A stretch of 64,000 nt of DNA from Selaginella moellendorffii (GCF_000143415.4 NW_003314309.1:766936-830935); one strand, 5' to 3'. Numbered from the stretch's first letter, positions 1-12,350 are shown. Numbers and translations: made by a program. Notes: generated from the sequence alone by a model not told the origin.

Positions 1-408
1 TTCTTTGGCGGTGGAAGTCGGTGATACCCTTCGAGTATGTCGACCACATTCAGCAGTGAAGGATCGTGCTCCTTATCCACCTCTTTTATCGGAATTGGAT
101 TATCATCCTCCTTGTCAACCTTTGGTATCTCGTGCTTATCCGGAGTTAGATCATCCTTTTTGTCAACTTTTGGTAACGGAGTTACGTGATCTTTTCCATC
201 GAGTTTCTTCCTCTTGAGGCTTGGAATCGCGTTGTAAAGCACTGGAAAGGAGCGAAAAAACACTTAAAAGGAGCCAAATTCCACCCAGAAAACCTGCTTA
301 CGTCTAAACGGATTAAACGATGGCTTCCTCTCATTCTCCGCCTTGGCCGTCTACACGAAAAACAACTTGAGAACGAGGCAACGAAAAGAAAGCATAGAAC
401 GTTACCAT
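1..408 (-). CDS. 5' part of an unknown protein gene running off the window (exons ~408-406, 350-302, 241-1)
   Basis: ATG|gtaac and two GT-AG introns join in frame to MTAKAENERKPSFNPFRLLYNAIPSLKRKKLDGKD...; PKVDKxDD occurs twice; KRKK is NLS-like; frame stays open to the window edge. Confidence 0.5.
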
Positions 409-522
409 CGCCAACCTACAGAAGAACACAAAACCACAGAACTACAAAACCTAAGCCCCCATATATAGTCTAAAACTTGATTTCATCTTATTAAAAGGAA
501 GAGAGTTTTTAGAACCACGGAG

Positions 523-3016
523 TTAGAGAGTGATCACCCAGCTGGGCGCATCACTTCGGCACCCAGCCAGCGTCCTGTACGCATACAACTTCTCAACCGG
601 CTCGCTGCAATCCATGACAAGCTCCCCGCCACCTTTCTCGCCACCTTCGCCACCTTCAGCGTCACCTTGCTCGCGGATCACCTCGACGTTGAGCCTGGGC
701 ATCGCCCCCGCCAGCCAGCCGCAGCCGGCGAGGCTCACCCTGCAAGCCGACATCCACAAGAACCTCATGGACTCGTACTGGTGAAGCCCGGCTAGCAGCG
801 CCGAGTCTCCGAACGGGCTGTCGCGGATCTCCAGCTTCCGGAGCCTCGGGCAGCCGCTGAGTACGTGCTGCATGGCCGCGTCCGACTCCCCGGCGAAGGC
901 CACCGAGAGCGTCTCCAGCTTCTTGGCGTAGTGGCCGATGTACTCGAAAGCCCTGTCCGAGAGCCAGCCCGAGACGGCGAGGCGCGACAAGTTCTTGCAG
1001 TTCTTGACGATGGCGCCGAAGCCTTCGTCCATGGTCTCGCCGGTGATGTAGTCGCGCTGCCGGGGGGTGATGATGCACAGGCGGAAGCGAGTGAGCATCG
1101 GGCAATTGGTGGCGACGGTCTCGATGGCCTGGTTCGTGCACTGCTTGCAGAAGTAGAGCACGGAGGAGAGGTTTGGACAGCCCTGCGAGACGGCCACCAG
1201 ACCGGCCTCGGTCACCGAGCCCTGGCCACCGTGATCGGTCGGGAAGACGCGGAGTTCCACCAGGTTCTTGCAGGTCTCGCCCACGGTTTGCAAGCCCCGG
1301 TCCTCGACGGAATCCAGAACCTGTCACACAAAAGTCTAGTTATGAGTTTTCGGAATGGGATGATAGGAAGCTTGGAAACTTTGTAAAAAATGAATTGTGA
1401 CAAAGTTCCTGGTAAGAAGAGTCAAGGATAGGTGATACTGGTGGTAAGAAGCTTGCAAACTTTGTCAAGGATGAAGCATGGAAACTTAGTGGTAAGAAGA
1501 TTAGAAGCTTTGTCAAAGAGGGAAGCTTGAAAACTTGTAATACCGTGCAAACTTTGTCAAGAATGAAGCGTGGAAACTTAGTGTGGTAAGAAGATTGGAA
1601 ACTTTGTCAAGGAGAGGAGCTTGAGAATGGCATTGGCAACTTTGTCTTGGCGAGCAGCTTGGTAGAAGGAAGCTCGGAAGCTCCTGGAGGGAGGGTGTGT
1701 TTCAGGCTTGGAAGAGAGAAGCTTACCCAGAGAGTCTCGAGCTTGGGACAGCGCTGGATGAGCTTGGCAAACTCGGTGGCCCGGATGGTGGCGTAGCTCA
1801 AGTTGAGCGACAGGAGGTTCTGCGCCAGGGGATAGATCAGCGGGATGAAGATCGGCTCCACCATCCAGAAGCCCGAGAGGTGGCGGAGATCCTTGCAGTT
1901 TGAGAGCGCGGTGCGGAGCTCCACGTACTGCGACCAGTTTTGCATCTGCGAGTAAGTCCCGGTGCCGAGATCGGTGAGCTGCGGGGCCTTGACGAGGAGG
2001 CGCAGGAGCTGCTCCAGAGTGACGCCTTTGTTGAGGTTGAGCTTCTTGAGGGAGCGGCAGCGCGAGACGAGCTTCTCCAGGCACTCAAAGTTGACATCGC
2101 TCTCCAGGCACGAGAAGTTTAGAGTGACGAGCGTGTTGCAGCTCTCCGGGAAATAGCTTAGCCACTCTCCACCGCGGTCGTCTACCAGGCACTCCTGGAG
2201 GTCTAGCTCTTGCAAGTACCTGCGAGTATGACGAGCATAGCGGTCAGCAACCACCACCAAAGCTAGCTGGCCGCTCAATCCTACGAAGTTCGAGAGCTCT
2301 ACAGCTGAAAACTCGCTCGCTAGCCGTGCTAGAGACGTGCACGACTGTCAAACAATGATCTCTTGAGAGACTTCTCAAAAAGAAAGAAGAAATGACTGTA
2401 AACTGATGATCTCTCGAAAAAGTTCTCACAAAGAAAGAATGAAACGAAGAGCTAGAGAGAGAAGAAGCTTGAGTTACCTGCAGTGGCTGGTGATGGCTGC
2501 AATGCCCTCGGTGCTAAAACCATCGCAGTTGACGAGGTTGAGAGCTCGAAAGTTTGGCAGCAACTGCGAGATCATGAAGAGGCTCTCGTCCGACACGGTC
2601 ATGCGCTTGAGCCTGAGCGCTTCCAGCCACGGGTAGCTCTCCACGATGACGGGCATCCAGGGGTGGAAGAAGGCCCCCCAGTTTGGAGGAACCAAGCTAA
2701 AGTCGGCGAAGCGAGGCTTCCCCTTGAGAGTCATCGACTTGAGCCGTGGAAACCTCCGGGTGAGAATGTCTGGAGAAACCGCGTAGCAATTCCCGATGAA
2801 CACTGCTTCTCGGTTCCACCCCTCGGCCTTGTACCACGCCTTGCAAACCACGGACACGGCGTTTCGATCCTTGTGTCCCGTGACGAACTTTAAGACGTTT
2901 TCCAAGACTTCGTCTGGGAAAGTTGTAAGCCTCCCTTCTTCCTCGTCCTCCTCTTTCTCTTGTTCGAGCTCCATGAAACTATCCTTGTGCAACACTACCT
3001 CGTCTTCCCTGATCAT
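523..3016 (-). CDS. TIR1: TIR1/AFB family F-box LRR auxin receptor (exons 3016-2478, 2219-1727, 1320-523; alternative start 2974)
   Basis: F-box FPDEVLENVL; IGNCYAVSP, KGKPRFADFSLVPPNWG, LETLSVAFAG, KLEIRDSPFGD, YRTLAG motifs; three exons join in frame at canonical GT-AG sites. Confidence 0.95.
1365..1660. repeat. Degenerate minisatellite in TIR1 intron 2
   Basis: Recurrent gaagcttggaaactttgtcaa / ggtaagaag units. Confidence 0.6.
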
Positions 3017-4449
3017 CTCCTTCTCCCCTCTCGATCGACGCAAACTTAGTAGCGACTACCACTTGTGTGAATATAACTCCAATTCTTCTTCGAGCACCTA
3101 CACAGCAAAGACAGTTGCTGGTGTCAGTTCCTTTCCCCTCCCCACGGACGAAGGATGATTCCTCTCACAACTTTGCAGGCAAAAGAGAGCGAGCGTTTTT
3201 AAGTCCCTCCGGAATGAACAAGCACAAAAGAAGGAGAAAAAAAGGAAGAACAAAATAAAACAACTTTAAAGAAGAATTCCAAGTCGCACACACACTTCAT
3301 TCCACAGTGAGTGAGAGTACCTCTTCCGGAAGAAATAAGTGAGAGAGGGAGAAGGAAAAAAAGGGATGCATGGCCAAGAGGTTGGAGTGAACAAGACAAT
3401 GCCACGACTCTCCCGTGAAGGGCCACCGAGGAACAATCAAGAGGGAGGAGACGTGGATAAGAAACTACGAGCAGCTATGGAGGAGCAACAGGGCAGTACA
3501 AGTCTAGAAATCCAAAGCAGAAAAAGCAAGCACGCACCAGCCAGCCAGCCAGCAAAGAAAAACGCAAAGAACAAGAGCACCAAAACAAGCAGCGAGCGTG
3601 CACTAGTACCACAGCGATGGTGTCTTTAGGCAAAGGGAAATCAAAGGTAAAATAAATAGCAAGGCTGAGGATGACAGACCAGCAAAAAGAACTCGCGGGA
3701 AAGACGAGAGAAAACGAGAAATCGGGCGATGAGATCAATCAGAGAGCCGTGCTGACCGCTTGGTGAAAATTGAAACCACTCTCAGAATTCAAGGGTGGTA
3801 GTAAAGAAAAACAATTAAAAAAGAAAAAAGAAGAAGAAGACTACGAGGAAAAAACACCAAAAGCAAAAGCTGTAAAAATCAAGAGACGATTCTTTCGGCT
3901 CTCACTCGCTCAAGCTTTGCGTTGGATTTCCACGCACAGAGACAAGCAATCAAAGCGGTGGAGACAATAGACTTTTCCCTCGCTCATTGTCAGCCCTGTT
4001 GATACTGATGTGACCAAATATCTCTCACGTCTTCTAGCCCCCACTCTTTGAGCAAGCACGCAAAAAAAGAAGGAAAAAAAGAGAAGAAAAAGAGAAACGC
4101 CATGTTCTTCAGTCGCAACTCTCAAAACCCAAGAAAAACAAAACCAAAACCAAACCCATCCGATACCAGGGAGGAGAAGTCTTACCTCTTCAAGGACGGA
4201 CAAATGCCACGGCTGGGCATTTTGCTGTTGGGCAGCCAGTACAGAGTGAAAAAGCTTCGTGTCACTGGAATGGGGGTCCAGCATCGCGCTTGTTCCTTCG
4301 CTTTGTAGCCTCTTTTACCACCACCATGGCCTTCAATCCCGGGAACCCAACACGGATAAGATGAATCGGCCGCGAACCCACATCTCAGATTTGCGAGGAG
4401 GCAGCCTGTGCTTTCGATTCTTCCCTTGACACAGACTAGGGGAGAGGAG

Positions 4450-4452
<3 letters not shown>

Positions 4453-4486
<34 letters not shown>
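4453..4486. repeat. (GA)n microsatellite, CT-rich on the TIR1 sense strand; probably near the TSS/leader
   Basis: Perfect GA run; a (TTGC)n run follows at ~4597-4628. Confidence 0.85.
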
Positions 4487-4490
<4 letters not shown>

Positions 4491-4597
4491 CAAAGGGGAA
4501 AAGGAAGATAAAATGCTGCCCCCCAGAAATGTGTAAACTAAAGGCCCAGGAAAGGAAACATTGTATAAAATTTATATATGTGAGATACTTTGGCTGG

Positions 4598-4628
<31 letters not shown>

Positions 4629-7566
4629 CCTTTGTCTTGCTGGTTGTTTGCTTGGCTTGCTCTCCTATGGTCTCAAAGACATTGGGCTACTAAAACTAAT
4701 CATTCATGTCAGCTCCTACTAGAGAGAAAAGGAGGAGGAACACAAATATTTTGTGGAGATGGCCCATGAGATTTTGGAGATGTACAGCTGCCTACTTGTT
4801 GGTTTGGTGCTGGCTCTTCTGTTCCCAGTTGAAACAACCAGACCGGGTTAGTGGAGAGAGAGCATAAACAAAACAAGCTTTTGGTTTTAACTTGCTCTCA
4901 TGTTGGCTTTGTCCTAAGTGGGCTGCTTTGCTTATATCTGTAACAAAGAATGTGTAAGTGAGTAGTAGTGATTACAGGAGGAAGGTGTGGAATCAAAACA
5001 GATTGAGAAGGGCTTTTGTCAGAGGAATCCCAGGAGAAGACTGGTTCTTCCCCCTAATAAATAATGTTAGAGAGAGAGAGGATAGAGGTCATCTTTCGAG
5101 ATAGAGAGAGAAAAAAAGAGGAATAGAGAAATGATGCCTTGCCAGATCCATCCAGTGCCTGCCCTGCCCCGTTTGGGGGCTATAACATGGAGTTTTTGAT
5201 CATTTTCCAGGCCCAAACAAACAAAGCTCTGCTCACCAGCCAGGGAATGCAGAGACCCAACTCTTTTGTGTGTGAGAGAGACTCTGTGCATGAGAGGGAG
5301 AGTTTGTGTGTAAACACCAAGGGGGACTGATTGCTTCCCCAAAGCTTCCAGTTTCAAAGTGTTTGTTAAGATTTTGGTGGGAATATCTTTCTCCTCTCTT
5401 TTGCTTGTTTCTAGGAGGAGAGGAGAGCTCAGAAGAGGTTGCTTCAGAATCTTTGACCAGCTAGGAAGAATAAATTTCTGCACCCAGAGGCCATAAACTG
5501 ATGACTCTCCTCTCCCAATGTCATTTGCACTCCAAGGCCAGCCAAGAGGGATGAAAGAACAAGGATGAAGGAGGGAAAGATCTCAGCTCTTTGTGTCTGT
5601 CAGTACCTCCTACCTAGGTACAGCCAAAGGGCAAGATTGCAATTGCCAAATGCCAGCCCACAAGAGAGATGAGGTGATGCATATATTTCTCAAGAAATAA
5701 ATTTGGTTTTTTTTTCTTTATGAGTGAATAGGGGCCACTTTTCTGGAGCCGGCCTGCCTCTGCTGCACTTCTGCCCTGCCTTTTCTCTGCTGCACACAAG
5801 TCCCAGGAAGAGGCATTTGTGGTGCTGGTTATTTGTTAGGTGGTGTCTTGGCTTGGACCATGATTTCAGTTATTCTATCAACTAATTTTGTTTAGTGTCA
5901 AATTGGCTAACATTTTCCTCTTCCACTTTACAGACAGGAGATTGCACAAATGATGAAACTAATTTTTACGAATCATTCTGTGGATCATGGGCAGACAAGG
6001 ATACTTTTGTATTGTTTGCTGGTTTGCAGTTTTCTGTTCTGGATTTCACGGATAAACAAGAAATCTAGCAAAGTAAGCACATGAATATTGGCAGATACTT
6101 GAAGCTATGGACTTTCATAAAAGAAAAATATAAAATATAAATGTGTTGAAGTGGACAGTATATGTTTTGATTCTATAAAATTTATAAACCAAAGTGTATG
6201 GTCTAGTGGTTTATATCTCTTTCAGATATTATTGTAATTTACACTATAGTTTTTGTAGGCTCTAGGTTGTTAAATTTATCAATGATTATTTTATTAGATA
6301 ATGATGCAACTTTTTTATTGGAGCTTTTCAAAAAGTATACACAGAAAGAAAGTCTTGGAGCTCAAATATTCTTTGACTTTTAGTTTAAGAATTACAAATA
6401 GAAAATAGAGGATGAGGGCTTGGGGACAATCGGTGTAGAGTGATGCAATTGTACAGACTAGCTAGCTCACAACGCAAGAAGATTATTTTCGTAGCCACTT
6501 TTGATACGCATTCTACCAGGTCAAACAGGCCAACCTTATCTACTTCGTGTTCCCGAGTTTTTCCGTTTTCTTTTATCTCCTTGAAGTGCTCACTAAAAAG
6601 ATGGCTATAGGTGATGCTTCCTTGCTCCTTTGTTTGTTTGCTAGTTTGTTTCTATGGTACCTCTTAAAGCTAAAGGTCGGTGGTCTCATTTTTTATGCTC
6701 GTTGTGGGCCAGTGTGCCTCTGTTGCATATGTTATATATATGTTGTAGAGTGGATGTGATGTTATTGTGTTGTGGTATGTGCGTTTACACTCTTAAAAAT
6801 GTAGTATTCCTATGGTGGAAAGATCTTGTACCTCATTGTAACTTTCTTCTCTCCTTCTTTCTAGATGGTGTCTCTCCACCTTCTGGGCAAGAGATGTCAT
6901 TGTCGTGTGAAATTGTTGGGAACTTAAGGATTGAAATCCAAGGCCTCAAGCATTGAAGAAAAAGAAGGGGAGAAGCGTATAAAGGAGTAACACTCTCTTA
7001 TACTTGCATGCGCAGTATGATTCTTTGTCTCGCTCTTTCCGAGCAGTCCTATGTAATGCAGGCATGTCAAGCTTGTACACAAGCGCTCTAGGAGATGCAA
7101 CAAGATCGTTTTCTTTGATATTCACGTCTTATTTCTTTCTCTTTCCTTACCTTTTTTCTTTTTTGTCATGGAGAAGCCAAAGAGCTCTCTTTGTTGGTTG
7201 GCTTGTTTGATTGAGAACTTTCAAGGCAGCGAAAGTCTTCACATGTTAAGATCCATTGAAGGAGTCCAGATGAGTTTGAAAGTTGGACGTTGAAGCCTCA
7301 GAAGCACATGGTTTTCTCCCTCTCTAGTGGAAAAATCTCTGCAGTGAGTTTGGTGGTAAATCCATCCAAAAGTCCGTGGATAAGGCTGATTGCCAAACAC
7401 CAGTTGGAGTATTTCTTTTCAGTTCATCCAGATAATCTCATTTCATAGTTCATTCCAGACAATCTCAACATGAGGATTAAATTGGTGGTCAGGAGTTTTA
7501 TTGTGAAACCCAAAATAAACAAACCAAACCTTGCAACGCAACCTTATTCTAATGAACTAAATCACT

Positions 7567-8685
7567 TTAGGTGCATTTGTAGGCTTCAATAACAACTTGC
7601 AGGTCATTGGAAGAGGTGAGACTCAAGCTTATATTCGCAAATCCCTCTGAAGCTAGCAGTTCGTTCCATTCGTTTTCACTCCTCTCTTTTCCTCCAATTG
7701 CAGCTAGCATGAGAACGTCCATGTCAACTGGCCTTTTCTCGGCTGGGTCTAACACCTCCTCCACAACAACAAGCTTCCCATTTTCCGGAAGTGCCTTGTA
7801 GCAGTTTTGAAGAATTCGCTTGCAGTTTTTGTCGTTCCAGTTGTGAAGAACAGCCTACAGATTAGACACAATCTAATTAGCTAAATTACAAATGCTTTAA
7901 GATTACAGTACCTTCATGAAAATAGCATCTCCAGAAGGAACACCTTTGAACATATCACCACCAACATGCTCAATTCCTGCATTCGGAAAACACGAGTTGC
8001 AAGAACCACGATAGGAGTCATTTTCGTTACCTGGATATTGTGGAGCAGCCGCAACAACATCAGGAAGATCGAAGTTAATTCCCTTGAGATGTGGATAGTC
8101 TTGGACAATCTTGTGAACACAAGCGCCATGCCCGCCACCAACATCAACGATCACACCTTTGATACCCTCAAACGCTTTGCGAGCCTCCTTAATCGCAGCT
8201 CCCATGAAACGCTCAGACGTCTCCGAGATTGCCGCTCTAAACATCTTGCTGAAGCCCAAATTATGGCTTGCATACTGGTACAAGCTCTTGCCTTCATTTG
8301 CCACCTCAAACGCACTCTCATGGGATCCTCCAAGGGCGAGCTTGTGGATCTCCGAGTAGGAAGCCACCATTGGCTGAGACGTCTGGAGCATCACCATTGC
8401 GTGGATGTTCTTGGAGGAGACAAGGGTGGACGAGAGATTGTTGTGGCTGAAGAAACCGCTGGGATCCTCGCAAAAGATCTTGTTCCTCACTAGAGATTGT
8501 AGGATCCTCCGCACAACGTCCGGGTTGGGGTCACTGGGATTGATCTTTGCGGCGATTTGATTGTAGTGGAGCGGGGATTCACGACCCAGAATGTCTGGAA
8601 TGCCCAAGCAGATGACCGCTTTGAGGAGAAATGGCGTGGTGATGGCGTTTGAGATGGAAGCCATTTCCAGATCATAGTCTTGCAT
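7567..8685 (-). CDS. SAM-dependent O-methyltransferase, COMT-like class (exons 8685-8031, 7976-7912, 7854-7567)
   Basis: Dimerisation domain; VDVGGGHG, FDLPDVV, GGDMFKGVPSGDAIFMK|AVLHNW, GGKERSENEW motifs; in-frame GT-AG junctions. Confidence 0.93.
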
Positions 8686-8912
8686 GCTTGAAAATCTTGT
8701 GATATAGGAAGTGCTGGAACCAAATGCATGATATATATATGCTCCATGAATGTCCTTCGCCACAGCGTCAGCATTGTTGAAATCTTTAACGAAGTTTCCA
8801 CAAGTTTTTGACTTGGCATTGTAAAAGTTTGGTAGATTTAAAACGTAGGCACTGACTTCCTTTCCAAAGTATTGAATGGTATCATCGAGGAAAAAAAGCT
8901 CTCGGCTTCGTG

Positions 8913-10949
8913 ATGCAAAAATTCCAGAAATCGTCTTGTCACAGTAGAGATACTTGCGCTGCAATCGCTCACGAGAATCACTGGGGCAAAAACTCCGCCA
9001 AAATTTCCAATGCGGAGCTAAAGCTGAAGCAGCTTGTGGCAAAAACTCTTGGCTCCCATCCCGTCACCCGAGTCTCGTACGGAAGCCTTCTCCAGGCGTG
9101 CGGCGAGGCAAAGATCCTGGCGTACGGAAGGGTCGTCCACGAGCACATGTCCGCCGCCAACATGGACACGGGCAGCATATTCCTGGGGAATCATCTCGTG
9201 CAAATGTACGGGAGGTGCGGCAGCGTGGACGAGGCCGCCGCAGCATTCGAGCGAATGGGCAGGAGGAACGTTGTCTCGTGGAGTTTCGTCATCGCGGCAT
9301 TTACCCAGAACGGGCATCACGGCCGAGCAATGCGATTCTTCCAAAGGATGCTCCAGGATGGATTCGAAGTGGACAGGATTCTGATTGTCACGGCTCTTGG
9401 GTCGTGCATGGATCTGAAAACCGGGAGAGAGATTCACGAGCTCGCCCTCGAGTGTGGATATGGAAACGAGACGGTCGTGTGTACGGCGCTGCTGGGCATG
9501 TACAGCCGGTGCGAGAGCCTGGGCGATGTCGAGACAGTGTTTCTTGGGCTCCAAGAGAAGGATGTTGTGTCCTGGAACGCGATGATCACGGCCTTTGTAG
9601 AACTCGGCAAGAAACAATCTGGAGTGAGCATAAAGGTGGTTTGGATGTTTCGAAGAATGCTGCTGGAAGGGATGAAGCCGAGCCGGGTGACATTCATATC
9701 CACTCTTGGAGCCGTGGAGAGCAAGGAAGAATGTGTGTGGCTTCATGAAATTATCCGACAGAGCGGGCAAGAGCACGACGAGTTTGTGGCAAACTCTCTC
9801 GTTACTGCGTATGGCAAGAAGAACAGCATTGTAAATGCTCGACAAGCGTTTGATGCTGCTTCAGATGCCTGTGTTGGAACATGGAATGCTATGATCGCGG
9901 CATATGCCCATTGTGGGCATTTTGAAAAAGCTTTAGAGACCTTTATGTCTATGCTGGAAAGTACCATTAAGCCAGATCAGATCAGTTTTGTGAACGTCCT
10001 GGAGGCGATCACTGGGCCAGAACTTTTAAGAGATGGCGAGTTTATACACAAGAGTGTTGTAGAAAACGGGTTTGAGAACGATGGGATAATTGGCAGTGCT
10101 TTGCTTGGCATGTACTCGAGGTGTGAGAACTTAGAGAAAGCCGAGGAGGTTTTTGCCCAGATTGGACGGCCTTATCACAGTGTCATCGCATGGAACTCCA
10201 TGCTTGCAACTTACACAGCGTTTGGGCGATGCAAAGAAGCCATCAAACTTTTCATGGACATGCAGCAAGACGGAAGCAAAGCTAGCGAGGCAACATTTGC
10301 AACGCTTCTCGCTGCCTGCGCGGGCGCATCCACTCTAGCTCAAGGCAAAATGGTGGTTTCGTGGATCAACGAATGGCTTATGAGCCACACAATCAGTGCC
10401 TGTAGCTATCTCGTAATCCAGAATGCGACGATCAACATGTATGCAAAGTGTGGGAGCCTCGACCTCGCGCTCCAAACCTTCAATTCGATGCATCAGAGAG
10501 ATGTGACATCGTGGAACTCCGTTTTGGGAACGCTTGCACGGCATGGCATAGGCAAGGAAGCAGTCATCTTTCTCAAGAGGATGCACTTGGAAGGTGTGAG
10601 ACCGGATGATATCACGTACACTCTCGTTCTCACTGCTTGCAGCCACCATGGGCTCTTCAAAGATGGCCGAAAGTGTTACGAGTTTATGACCAAAGTTCAT
10701 GGCTTGGAACCCACGCTTGTGCACTATGGGTGCATGGTTGATCTTCTGGGACGCGGAGGCTGGCTGGACGAAGCCGAGGATCTGATAAGAGAAATGCCAA
10801 TGCCGGCGGATTCAACAGTGTGGATGGCGTTGCTTGGGGCATCAAGAATGCATGGCGATCTTGCCCGCGCAAAGCTGGCAATGAAGCATGTCTGTGAGCT
10901 TGAGCCTGATAATCCATCACCTTACCTTCTCATGTCAAATATCTCTTAG
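8913..10949 (+). CDS. PLS-class pentatricopeptide repeat protein with truncated E domain, intronless
   Basis: Alternating P/L/S motifs (MYGRCGSVDEA, DVVSWNAMI, LTACSHHG, HYGCMVDLLGRGG, VWMALLGA); ends PYLLMSNIS*; no DYW. Confidence 0.93.
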   Translation: MQKFQKSSCHSRDTCAAIAHENHWGKNSAKISNAELKLKQLVAKTLGSHPVTRVSYGSLLQACGEAKILAYGRVVHEHMSAANMDTGSIFLGNHLVQMYGRCGSVDEAAAAFERMGRRNVVSWSFVIAAFTQNGHHGRAMRFFQRMLQDGFEVDRILIVTALGSCMDLKTGREIHELALECGYGNETVVCTALLGMYSRCESLGDVETVFLGLQEKDVVSWNAMITAFVELGKKQSGVSIKVVWMFRRMLLEGMKPSRVTFISTLGAVESKEECVWLHEIIRQSGQEHDEFVANSLVTAYGKKNSIVNARQAFDAASDACVGTWNAMIAAYAHCGHFEKALETFMSMLESTIKPDQISFVNVLEAITGPELLRDGEFIHKSVVENGFENDGIIGSALLGMYSRCENLEKAEEVFAQIGRPYHSVIAWNSMLATYTAFGRCKEAIKLFMDMQQDGSKASEATFATLLAACAGASTLAQGKMVVSWINEWLMSHTISACSYLVIQNATINMYAKCGSLDLALQTFNSMHQRDVTSWNSVLGTLARHGIGKEAVIFLKRMHLEGVRPDDITYTLVLTACSHHGLFKDGRKCYEFMTKVHGLEPTLVHYGCMVDLLGRGGWLDEAEDLIREMPMPADSTVWMALLGASRMHGDLARAKLAMKHVCELEPDNPSPYLLMSNIS

Positions 10950-11135
10950 TTCTTGCGAGACCTGTATCCATACCTCATTTGTTTGAGCGCAACAATACGT
11001 CCAGTCTAATCTACAGTAACACCTCCTCTAAAATTTGGAGGATTGTGGATTAGCATCTTTGAAACCCATAGCCGGAAGTTGTCGTCACCCGGGAATCAAC
11101 ATATCGATGTCCTGTTCAAGATAGATCTTCTTCAT

Positions 11136-12296
11136 ATGGCAGAAGAAGAAGATGACTTGATCTCAGGTCTCCCAGGTGAGCTAGTTCTTGTTCACGTTTT
11201 TTCTAGGCTGCCTTGGTACACTCGTCCAGTCTGCAGATCTGTTTCCAAACGATGGAAACAGATGATGGATACCAGGAATCATCTTGTCGATATTGCAACT
11301 CGCAGGTTTCAGCTTCCACTGCTCCAAGGTGTCGCTTTGGTGTGTTCTTCAGCTCCATATAAGCCTCCAAGATCACACTCGTCTCACCATGAAAAGTACC
11401 CTGAAAAGATCTTCCTCATTCAGGACAAGGAAACCTTGCAGTGGCGAAGGCTTCCACCCGTATCTGGCTTTCAAAGCTATCAAGTTGGACAAGTCCGTGT
11501 GTACAAAGCAAGGCTTGTTGCAGGATGTGGAGCGGTCTATGCTTGGACAGTTGCCCCCACTCAAAGCTTTGGGGCTCCAGAAGGTAGCTTCATATTCAAA
11601 CTGGACATTGGTCGGGGAGATTGGATCTGGAAGAGAGTCCCAGCTTCTCAAGTTAGTCGCTGGTCCGAGCCAGTGTTTTTCAATGGTAAGATCTACTCGC
11701 TACTACCAGGCTGCCAACCACGGCGGAGGATATGTTCTTGTTTCGAAGTCATGGAGTATGATCCCGAAACAGGCTCCTGCCATATGTCCAACAAATGGCC
11801 CTCCAAGAACGTTGGTGTGATCCTGAGCTCTTCTTCGCCACAGCAACAGCTCTATGGCGTAGTCCGCACGTTGACCAACGGTCAACAGCTAATGGTCAAC
11901 GAGGGCGGGTCGTGGCAGCTACATCGGGAGTTGCCTGCCCTGCCGGACGACCGGGTGTTCAAATTTAAGCTGGTCAATGGCGATTGCTTCGAGCCTGCCG
12001 TGGAGGGCGGGGTCAACGTACTTGCCATCTTGCTCAGCCACCGGGATGCAGTGGTCTATTGGTTCAACACAGAAGTCAACGGGGCAAACTGGGTAGCAAT
12101 CGAGCATCAGAGCCAACCTGGAAATGTGACACAATGTGTGGCTGTTCAAGGATCTTTATATGCAATTTCAAGGAATTTTCCAAGGCTTCATTATAAATTG
12201 TGGAAGGGGACCATCAATGTGGCAGAGAGGCTTCTTATTTGGGAGCAAAGGCAAAGGCTCCAAGTTTCATTGTCTTGCTTCACCTTGATGGCATGA
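11136..12296 (+). CDS. F-box protein with divergent kelch-like C-terminus, intronless
   Basis: LISGLPGELVLVHVFSRLP...RSVSKRW F-box; WRRLPP and FFNGKIY beta-propeller-like segments. Confidence 0.8.
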   Translation: MAEEEDDLISGLPGELVLVHVFSRLPWYTRPVCRSVSKRWKQMMDTRNHLVDIATRRFQLPLLQGVALVCSSAPYKPPRSHSSHHEKYPEKIFLIQDKETLQWRRLPPVSGFQSYQVGQVRVYKARLVAGCGAVYAWTVAPTQSFGAPEGSFIFKLDIGRGDWIWKRVPASQVSRWSEPVFFNGKIYSLLPGCQPRRRICSCFEVMEYDPETGSCHMSNKWPSKNVGVILSSSSPQQQLYGVVRTLTNGQQLMVNEGGSWQLHRELPALPDDRVFKFKLVNGDCFEPAVEGGVNVLAILLSHRDAVVYWFNTEVNGANWVAIEHQSQPGNVTQCVAVQGSLYAISRNFPRLHYKLWKGTINVAERLLIWEQRQRLQVSLSCFTLMA

Positions 12297-12350
12297 AATA
12301 GCTTCCAGTATATCCATCTTTTAGAAGATTTTAGAATCAAATAATATAAT

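Noticed and set aside
5800-5820. Partial resemblance to the miR408 complement (cccaggaagaggca)
   Set aside because: Needs a gap and several mismatches; no convincing precursor hairpin
8686-9042. N-terminal extension of the OMT ORF overlapping the PPR start
   Set aside because: Non-ATG start, contains a TATA-like tract, and OMT homology begins only near 8685
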